Assembly (NCBI GenBank): GCA_963836235.1
Contig: CAWIIP010000005.1
Location: 267,479-331,478, forward strand
Reading direction: 5' to 3'
Source of the DNA: an uncultured Pseudomonadota bacterium
GTDB lineage: Bacteria; Oederibacteriota; Muellerivitia; Muellerivitales; Muellerivitaceae
DNA length: 64,000 nucleotides
Made by a program: the position numbers and the translations under genes. Each line of letters opens with the position of its first letter. The stretch's first letter is position 1. Under the pieces are notes generated by a model. The model saw only the letters and a program-made list of their open reading frames with translations, ran no database searches and had not been told where the DNA came from. Of this stretch, positions 8,657-16,004 are shown one piece after another.

Positions 8657-8796
8657 AAGGTCCTCCCTAGATAAAAATTTGAAGAGTCAAAATTATAATC
8701 CGGGCGCAAACAGACTCAAGTTAAATGGAAGTGAAGGAACCGAAAAAGGTTCAAAATCATTTCAAGAAACGTTTCAAGCCCTGGAGAATGAACCTT

Positions 8797-9526
8797 CTAA
8801 TAACTAGCCGAAGCGACGTTACTGGTGATCAGGTAGGAACTTGTCTGGGCTTCCGGAAAAGCGGCGGTGGAAAATTGGGAGATGTTCAGGTTGACTGCGT
8901 CGTTTCCCGCTCCCGGCGTCTCATCGCTAAAAACGCTGTTGGCAATGATATAGGGGTTGCTGGACAAAACCGGGCCCAGATAGAGCTTGATCGAAGGGCT
9001 GTCTACATAAGCAAAACTGCGGTTCCCCACCCCGTTGGACCAGGAACAGGTCACCCCCGCCGAACCGCTCGAAGGCTGAACCACCGGGTTGGCAGCGATC
9101 CCGGTAATCGAGGCCGAATAGGTTGCCGAGCCGACCGATATCTGGAATTGATAGGCTTGCCACGCCGTGTAGGTGATGGGGCTGTTGGAAAAAAACTGGC
9201 CCGTGATGTAGGGCGCCCCCAAAAAGGTTACCGCCGACGAGTTGCTCAGGGGCCAGGGCACCGGGGTCAGGGGGATGGTGACGCCGTTGCTGAAGACTGT
9301 CACACTCGTGTTGGCTGTTCCCGTGGTGCCCGTGCTGTCCGAAACGATGGCGTCAACGATTTGGGTGGCTCCGTTTTCCACCAGGATGCCCACGATCACC
9401 GGGCCCGTGGGGTGGGTGTGGCGGTGTTTTCGGGGGGGCCGTCGGGCTGTTCTTTGCCGGACAGCCGAGGATGAAAAGAGTCGAACCCGTCAAAAGCCCC
9501 CATAGCCCCATCGCACAAAGTTTCAT
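8797..9526 (-). pseudogene. Lipoprotein interrupted by two homopolymer indels (pseudogene or assembly error)
   Basis: ATG 9526 gives lipoprotein signal ...LFILGC; adding one C in each of the runs at 9432-9438 and 9409-9412 yields PTAPPENTATPTPTGPVIVG, in frame with ORF 8797..9399. Confidence 0.65.
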
Positions 9527-9572
9527 AGAACCACCTGATATGTCAGTTAAAATGACCGGTTCATTATAGGCC

Positions 9573-9608
9573 CAAAACCGGCCTCTTTTTCAAAACCGGC
9601 CTTTTTTT
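9573..9608. repeat. 18-bp tandem duplication in a divergent promoter region
   Basis: CAAAACCGGCCTCTTTTT CAAAACCGGCCTTTTTTT (17/18 identical). Confidence 0.7.
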
Positions 9609-9754
9609 GGTAAAACCCTGAAAATCACTTAACCCGGCATCATCTTTCAACCTGATCTAAATCATGCTCTTCTGACCGTTGGATGCTTAGGATAATAGTG
9701 TCTTGGGGTAAATTCGCACCCCCGTAAAAAATCTAGCGACAAGGAAGAAGCTTC

Positions 9755-10027
9755 ATGAACCCTTGGAAAATTATCGCGGAAGAGGAAAAATCGTTTGCGG
9801 AAGGCCTTCGCCGACTCATCCTCCTTCGCAGCCCTCATCCCATGGATCCCTATAAGGTTTATGGCCTGGTCAAGCGCGCGGGTTCTTGGCTAGTGGTGGA
9901 TAGGTTCCAAGTCCCCGGTACTACCGGCACGGAGGCTCCCGATTGGGCCTTCCGTCAAGCTTGGCCACAATTTCTAGCCCACAAAGGCAAGGAACATGGT
10001 TTAGGTGTGTTGATGCACAAGTCATAA
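9755..10027 (+). CDS. Hypothetical protein (90 aa)
   Basis: SD AAGGAAG and ATG; fills the intergenic gap. Confidence 0.55.
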   Translation: MNPWKIIAEEEKSFAEGLRRLILLRSPHPMDPYKVYGLVKRAGSWLVVDRFQVPGTTGTEAPDWAFRQAWPQFLAHKGKEHGLGVLMHKS

Positions 10028-10163
10028 AGCATCAACATCGTTATTTAATTCGAATAGCTTAAAAACATTCCAGAGTAAATAAGCCATTTTTTTTAGTTCC
10101 CTGCTTCTGTCGCAAATACCCCTTCCCATAATTTCTCGAAACCCAGTTTACGGAGACTGTCGA

Positions 10164-10358
10164 TTAACGGTCGTTTTTCTTGAGAAGTTTAATGACTTTT
10201 TCCAGAGGCACGGCCTTTTCGTTTTTTCGTTGGGCGATTGCCTTCAAATCCTGCAGGTCATCCTTCAATTTTTCGTAGAGCTCGTGGATCATCTGTATCC
10301 CTTTTTGTTTGCCCTTCTTCTCCCCGCGGTCTTCCGGGTTCGGCTCTTGAATTTTCAT
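10164..10358 (-). CDS. Orphan antitoxin-like protein
   Basis: KKGK....YEKLKDDLQDLKAIAQRKNEKAVPLEKV resembles C-termini of RelE/ParE-partner antitoxins; SD GGAG. Confidence 0.5.
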   Translation of the reverse strand: MKIQEPNPEDRGEKKGKQKGIQMIHELYEKLKDDLQDLKAIAQRKNEKAVPLEKVIKLLKKNDR

Positions 10359-10511
10359 TGAGTTCTCCCAGGCCGATCATATCAGAATCCATCTCTTACC
10401 GTAGGTCCGAACCCAAAACCTAAAGTGTCGAATGTTGGCCCGGCTTATCTTCCCCAATAAAGGAATAACTTTTCGCGTCAAGGATGACCGACGGGAGATC
10501 GTTCCCTCAAT

Positions 10512-10540
10512 AAAAAAGCGCCCAACCCTTGGGCGCCCTT
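10512..10540 (-). terminator. Intrinsic terminator
   Basis: AAAAAA-GCGCCCAA-CCC-TTGGGCGC. Confidence 0.7.
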
Positions 10541-10562
10541 CTTAAGCGTTGTTCTTCGGCCT

Positions 10563-11196
10563 TTAACCCCTCAGGAGGACCACCGTGCGCCTTCTTTTTC
10601 TCAGGGACCCCAAGCGGAATCGGCGCAGGTGGTATCCCAGGATCAAAGAGGGAACAGCCGAGGCCAGTGCGTAGAGGGCGACGGTCCAGGCGAGGCTACC
10701 ACTTTCCGTTCCCTGCCAAAGGAGGGCCGCTCCGAAAACGAGGGAGAGAAGTCCGGCATAAAAAAGTGCCGGCCGACGGTCCCGATATTCGGTTCCCCGC
10801 AGACCCTGGTTCATCTCCATCAAACCTGACAGAATGGCCCAGGCGGCAATCCAATAAAGAAGGATCAAGATGGAAAGGCCGGGCCGCATCAAAGACAGGA
10901 GGCCCAAACCGATCGTCATCATCCCTCCCCCGGCCAGTGCCCACCAGCGGTGGCCTTCGCCGAAGTCCTGAATCCCCTAGAAGGATAGAAAAAAGTCCCT
11001 CTAAAAAAGCGTAAAAGCCTAGCAAAAGAGCCAACATCACCATTAACTCGATGGGTCTGATCAGGCGAGAGAAACCAAATGTATCCCCATATCTTTCCCC
11101 GCTCCCCAAAAGCCACAGGGAGGCCAGCCCTAGGAACAGGCCCAGCGTCCCCCGGAGCATCAATATCCACCAAACCTTTGATGTTAAATGTCTCAT
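10563..11196 (-). pseudogene. HdeD/DUF308 membrane protein with a single-base frameshift
   Basis: WWILMLRG N-terminus and LLYWIAAWAILSG C-terminus in different frames; removing one base at the 10974-10977 run gives LLGIQDFGEGHRWWAL and joins them. Confidence 0.75.
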
Positions 11197-11205
11197 GGCA
11201 TCCTC

Positions 11206-11658
11206 CTAGTCTTCCCGCTCGTCCACCCCCACGAGAAAAATTTCCTCCACCCGATGGATGGCCGAGCGGAACTCGTCGAAGTCGGCCGGTTTCATCACAT
11301 AATAATTGGCCCCCGCCTCATAGGCCTGCCGAACGTCCTCCTCCGACCGGGAGTTGGTCAGAATCACGACCGGGATATCCCGGAGCAAGGGATCGGCCTT
11401 GAGCTCCGCGAGAACATCAAAACCGTTCTTCAGGGGCAAATTCAGGTCCAACAGGATCAGGTCGGGCCGATTGCTGGGCTTGAACCCGCCCTGCCCCCGC
11501 AGGTGGTCCATAACCTCATCCCCATTATTCAGGCTGACTAGCCAAATATGCCTCTTGGATGTTTTGAACGCTTCCATGACCAGGGCGGCGTCGGCCAGAT
11601 TATCCTCGGCCAACAGGACTTTGATCAAACGCGGGATCGTTTCGGTGGGGGAAACCAT
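11206..11658 (-). CDS. Single-domain response regulator (Rcp1-like)
   Basis: LLAEDN, PDLILLDLNLPLKNG, VILTNS, GANYYVMKP; SD AGGAGG before ATG 11658. Confidence 0.9.
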   Translation of the reverse strand: MVSPTETIPRLIKVLLAEDNLADAALVMEAFKTSKRHIWLVSLNNGDEVMDHLRGQGGFKPSNRPDLILLDLNLPLKNGFDVLAELKADPLLRDIPVVILTNSRSEEDVRQAYEAGANYYVMKPADFDEFRSAIHRVEEIFLVGVDERED

Positions 11659-12121
11659 AGGCCCTCCTGTGGGCAACCCATGAAAAAAGAAGGAAGACGG
11701 CGGAGTTGGGAGCCGGTTCGAAACCGGATTCAGCTCGGGGTTGAAAAACGGCCGCCGGAAGATAAGAAACGTCCCCAAAGACGCGGCGGCTTTGGGACCT
11801 TTAGGAACGCGGAGGAATATCCCGTACGACAGGTGGCTCCCGCCCTGTGAGGTATTCCCGCCCATTAAGTCTTGACTTTATTTTACCTCCAATTCGAACA
11901 AAGGGAATCCAAGTAAAACGGATTTTTCCGGAAATCTTTTACCTAGAAATGGGGGAAAGTCTTGCGAACGATTTTAGGGAGGAATCTTTTTGTTCATTTC
12001 GTCCCCGCCACGAAAAGCACCACGCGAAAAAGTGCCGCTTCTTTTCTTCCGCCCCTTGGCTTACCCGGGACTTCTGCCTAGGTTTAATTAAAGAATTAAG
12101 AACGAGTAAAAGGAGGACGTT

Positions 12122-12793
12122 ATGACACTACGATTAGGAGACACCGCTCCGGATTTCAAACAAGTCTCCACCGAAGGAGCCATTCATTTCCACGAGTGGG
12201 CGAAAAATTCCTGGGTCGTGTTTTTTTCCCACCCGGCGGATTTCACCCCGGTCTGCACCACCGAACTGGGAATGACAGCGAAGCTTTCCCGCGAGTTCAA
12301 GAAAAGGGGCGTCAAGGTCCTGGGGATTTCAGTAGACCCCTTGAGTTCCCACCTGCAGTGGATCGCCGACATCAACGAGACCCAAGGGGTTAAGGTCGAT
12401 TTCCCCATCCTGGCGGACAAGGAGCGCAAAGTGGCCGAGCTTTACGATATGGTGGACCCCCGCTTCATGGTCCATTCCACCGTCCGTTCGGTCTTCATCA
12501 TCGACCCCGAAATGAAAATCCGGGCCACGATCACCTACCCGGCCAGTACGGGTCGCAATTTCGATGAAATCCTGCGGGTGATCGACTCGCTCCAATTGAC
12601 GGACAACTTCAAGGTGGCCACCCCGGTCAATTGGAAACCGGGCGACGAGGTCGTGATCCTGCCCACCCTGCAGGACGAAGCTGAGCTCAAACGGCGCTTT
12701 CCCAATGGCTATCGGACTGTCCGTCCTTATCTGCGGATGACCGCCGATCCAAAAGCGAGGATCCCCGAACCCACTATGCGGGGGGCGGTTTGA
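12122..12793 (+). CDS. 1-Cys peroxiredoxin (Prx6 family)
   Basis: SHPADFTPVCTTE, YPASTGRNFDEILR, ATPVNW, PYLR. Confidence 0.95.
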   Translation: MTLRLGDTAPDFKQVSTEGAIHFHEWAKNSWVVFFSHPADFTPVCTTELGMTAKLSREFKKRGVKVLGISVDPLSSHLQWIADINETQGVKVDFPILADKERKVAELYDMVDPRFMVHSTVRSVFIIDPEMKIRATITYPASTGRNFDEILRVIDSLQLTDNFKVATPVNWKPGDEVVILPTLQDEAELKRRFPNGYRTVRPYLRMTADPKARIPEPTMRGAV

Positions 12794-12992
12794 TCCGGAT
12801 GACGGAAGAGGGGGAAGGCGATCGGGCCTCCCCCTCGAGGCGGAACCGGAGTGGAAACCGCCCATAGCTTCCATTCTTGGCTCTTTGGAGTCGTCCCAAT
12901 AGGCTTGGGCGAGTTTAGGACGGCTTCAGCGCTAACCTTCCATTTTTCCGGCTGCTAACCGGTTTACTTTGAATTCGCCCTATTCCAAAAAA

Positions 12993-13622
12993 TTATTTAC
13001 CCAGCCCGAGGATTTGGCGCGCATAAAGCCCACCTTCCACCGTGTCCAACATGAATTTGGCCAAAGCCCGGAAGGACATTTTTAAGGCCGCCGGGGGAAG
13101 AGTGCCGACCTGTGCGCGGTATTGCTCGTTCGCGCCTTTGGCCAGCCAGTTGGGCCGGGCAATGGTCCAGTCCAAGGGACTTTCGGTCACGGCCTTTTCC
13201 ATTTGTTTTAAGTCCTCCATGTGGTGGCGGGCCAGAGCGCTTAAAAACCGGATGTAAAGATTCTGTCCCGGGAACAGTCCCGACGAGGAGAAGAGGACTA
13301 ACTTTGAGACCTTCGCTTTTTCCATAGCCAAAAGGGTGTTGGCGGCGAATCGTTCCATGGTCCAGGTTCTCTTGTTTAAGGCGGTGAAGATTTCCCCGGG
13401 TTTGGGCCCTAGCGCCGAAAGCACGGCGTCATGCCCTTCCATGGCCTCTGCCATTGCCTGAATATCCTCCGGGCTTCCCTGGAGGACATGGAGATCTTTA
13501 TCCGAGGCCGTGATTTTTTCTGGCGACCGGACGAAAGCGGTAACCCGATGGCCTTGTTTCAAGGCCAGGTCCACCAGTTCCATTCCAGTTTTCCCCGTGG
13601 CGCCGATGACGAATAAACGCAT
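12993..13622 (-). CDS. NAD(P)H-binding atypical SDR (flavin/biliverdin IXbeta reductase-like)
   Basis: GATGKTG Rossmann motif, GHRVTAFVRSP, LDWTIARP. Confidence 0.9.
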   Translation of the reverse strand: MRLFVIGATGKTGMELVDLALKQGHRVTAFVRSPEKITASDKDLHVLQGSPEDIQAMAEAMEGHDAVLSALGPKPGEIFTALNKRTWTMERFAANTLLAMEKAKVSKLVLFSSSGLFPGQNLYIRFLSALARHHMEDLKQMEKAVTESPLDWTIARPNWLAKGANEQYRAQVGTLPPAALKMSFRALAKFMLDTVEGGLYARQILGLGK

Positions 13623-13802
13623 TGGTTGTTTCCTTCCCCGCGTAGTTTGACCCACTTTACCCGGGTTCAGCGCCTTAAAGTTGGATTTCAAGTTAAAGAC
13701 GTGAAACACTTTGGCCCGTCAAGCCCGCCCCAGTTCCTTTGGGGCTCGACGAACGGGTTCCTGCGCGGATAACTTCACCCAAAGAGTCGGATTTGGCCCA
13801 GT

Positions 13803-14249
13803 TCAACTTGAAATCCGCAAGGTCGCCTCGCCCCTTTCTTCGTAGGCCTTGCGGAGTTTCTGGGCGATGGCGGGATTTTTCATGAGTAGGTTTTCGAAAT
13901 TATGCTTCTCCAGGATGAAAAGCTCTGTGAGCATTTCCGCCACCACTGTGGCATTGCGGGGCGCGTTGGAGATCAGCGACATTTCGCCGAAATACTCGTC
14001 GGACCGCAGGCCCGCCACCCTCACGCGGGTGGAACCCTTGTTTACCCAAACCGAAACCCGGCCGGAGGCGATGAGGTAAAAGGCGTCCCCGGGGGCGCCC
14101 TGCCGGATGATCTCGTAGCCCTTAAAGACCCGTACGGCGCGCAGGCAGGACATCAGTTTGTCCAGCTCCTTCGGGCCCATGTACTGCAGGAAATAGGCCT
14201 GCTGAAGCACGCGGCGAAGATGGCCGAAGATGGCGGAAGTGGGTTGCAT
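13803..14249 (-). CDS. Stand-alone cyclic-nucleotide-binding domain protein
   Basis: IIRQG..GDAFYLI.SG; FGEMSL...PRNATV phosphate-binding cassette. Confidence 0.9.
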   Translation of the reverse strand: MQPTSAIFGHLRRVLQQAYFLQYMGPKELDKLMSCLRAVRVFKGYEIIRQGAPGDAFYLIASGRVSVWVNKGSTRVRVAGLRSDEYFGEMSLISNAPRNATVVAEMLTELFILEKHNFENLLMKNPAIAQKLRKAYEERGEATLRISS

Positions 14250-14306
14250 AGGAACAGCCTCCAGGATGAATAAATCGAGGGACCAAGTTTATCCCTTTCA
14301 TCATAA

Positions 14307-14516
14307 CTAAAAAAGATCTACAAGTTTTTTCAAAACATATAAGTCGAAAAAACCCCAAACCACCATATAAAGCCAAAAACCACCGGGGCTGGAACGCCGG
14401 TCCAGTCCAAAACCAAATCTATCGCGAAAATAGCCCTGAGCCAGGGCAATTCCCATCTCGAAGATGATTCCTAGAAAGAGGGCCAGTAATAAAAACCTTT
14501 TGATCCAAAGTTTCAT
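14307..14516 (-). CDS. Small membrane protein
   Basis: Two hydrophobic segments; abuts the upstream gene. Confidence 0.55.
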   Translation of the reverse strand: MKLWIKRFLLLALFLGIIFEMGIALAQGYFRDRFGFGLDRRSSPGGFWLYMVVWGFFDLYVLKKLVDLF

Positions 14517-14756
14517 TTAAATGAAATGCCCCCAGATAGCGTAGGCCACTCCTAGCAATAAGAGGCCTAAAAGAATCCAAACGGTGGCGCTGATCCATGG
14601 CCGGGGACTAGAAAGAAGGCCCGGGCCGCTTTCGATACCCGAATCGGCATCTTCCTCCGCATCCCAGGCATCCGGCGCTTTCCAACCGCATTCAGGACAA
14701 GGCGCCCAGTCATAGGGTATTTCGGCCCCGCATTCCAAACAGGTGGTTTCGGCCAT
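14517..14756 (-). CDS. Zinc-ribbon membrane protein
   Basis: CLECG...CPECG plus a C-terminal TM helix. Confidence 0.7.
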   Translation of the reverse strand: MAETTCLECGAEIPYDWAPCPECGWKAPDAWDAEEDADSGIESGPGLLSSPRPWISATVWILLGLLLLGVAYAIWGHFI

Positions 14757-14765
14757 GGGAACCTT

Positions 14766-15059
14766 TTATTTAGCGGGCTTGTCGTTGGGGCGGCGGTAAA
14801 TCTCGACCTTTTCCGGGGGATCGCCCTGCGTGGTTTCGGTCACGAATTCCCAGCCTTGGGCCTTGAGGGCCTTATCATCCACGGGGGACGTGAGATATTG
14901 GTAGAGGTATGGCATGCGGAAGGTCATGTATTCGTAAAGCCCGGCCATCCCCATGAGGAAAAGCAGAACGAGCAGAATGATTTCCAATTTGGAGACGCGG
15001 GGCTTTTCGGAGTCGGGGCCTAGGCGGGTGGGTATCTTAAGTTCTTCAAACATTTTCAT
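14766..15059 (-). CDS. Single-pass membrane hypothetical protein
   Basis: TM segment IILLVLLFLMGMAGLY; operon spacing. Confidence 0.6.
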   Translation of the reverse strand: MKMFEELKIPTRLGPDSEKPRVSKLEIILLVLLFLMGMAGLYEYMTFRMPYLYQYLTSPVDDKALKAQGWEFVTETTQGDPPEKVEIYRRPNDKPAK

Positions 15060-15350
15060 TTTTCAAAAATTTGGTTTCCATCCCGGTGATTCCAGCGCCT
15101 TAACCCCCACGATTCAATCCCCATCATTTCGCTCAAAGACAAACCTTCACAGGCCATTGCTTGTTCGGCTCGGGGATTCAGTTTCGCACATTCCTCTGAA
15201 AAAGACCTCTTTTTAAGGGCTTTGAATTTTTCCTGAAGCGCTTGGCGGACCACCTGGCTTCGACTTGAAAAATATTTTTTCTTTGCCCACCATTCGAGGA
15301 TTTTCGGAATTTTTATCAGCGGAGACGTCTATTTTAACAGATGAGGTCAC
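15056..15350 (-). pseudogene. Frameshifted/degenerate RHH antitoxin (CopG/MazE-like)
   Basis: YFSSRSQVVRQALQEK...EECAKLNPRAEQAMA.EGL; N-terminal strand VKIDVS (GTG 15350) out of frame at the A5 run 15310-15314. Confidence 0.55.
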
Positions 15351-15357
15351 GGCTAAT

Positions 15358-15714
15358 TTAATTATTGAAGGCTTTACTCAAGGCGATTTCAACATTGGGA
15401 TAGGCCTTTAAAATGGTACCGAATTCCAGGGAAAGGTAGACTTCCAAAACCCCGGCGTTCATCCCCGCCAGAACCAAATCCCCTTCCTGCTCGCGGATCT
15501 GTTTGATCTCGCTGATAAAAACGCCCCACCCCGCGCTGCCGATGTAATCCACGCCCTTCAAGTCGACGATCAGCTTGTATTTTTTATCCATCACCGCCGA
15601 AAGAAGTTTTTTCCGGAATTCGGGGGCCGTCAGGGTATCGATTTGGCCCTTCACGGAAAGAAGCGTGATATTTTTGTTTTCGGGATGGTAGGTAACGTCT
15701 ATCGAGATTTTCAT
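15358..15714 (-). CDS. STAS domain anti-sigma factor antagonist
   Basis: GQIDTLTA, DLKGVDYIGSAGWG (phosphorylatable Ser), GDLVL. Confidence 0.9.
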   Translation of the reverse strand: MKISIDVTYHPENKNITLLSVKGQIDTLTAPEFRKKLLSAVMDKKYKLIVDLKGVDYIGSAGWGVFISEIKQIREQEGDLVLAGMNAGVLEVYLSLEFGTILKAYPNVEIALSKAFNN

Positions 15715-16004
15715 GGAAGTTCCTCCGGCGGTTTAAACTGGAAATTCAGTTTAGGGTTTTTGAAAAGAAGAGTCACTAAATTCCCGGTAAGATTTTGGTA
15801 AACGAAATCATGGAATAAAATTTTCGAAGGAATGGAATTTGTGACACGGTAAACAGACAAAAGTGTTGAACCTCCAACCCCGAGAGGCCCGGTCCATGGT
15901 CCCTTAAGATTTTTTTGCGGATAAAAAGAGACTGTGCTAAACGGAAGCGAAAAAAATATTCACCCACCATGACCGCGAAAGATCCAAACCAACGGAAGGG
16001 ATAT

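Noticed and set aside
11715-11740. GCTGAATCC (minus strand) as a c-di-AMP riboswitch motif
   Set aside because: The remaining conserved elements (GGGGAACC, GGGTGAA, CCGxCAGCTAAC) are absent
13695-13712. parS-like half sites (also near 48266 and 53001)
   Set aside because: Only one half of the 16-bp TGTTTCACGTGAAACA palindrome matches in each case
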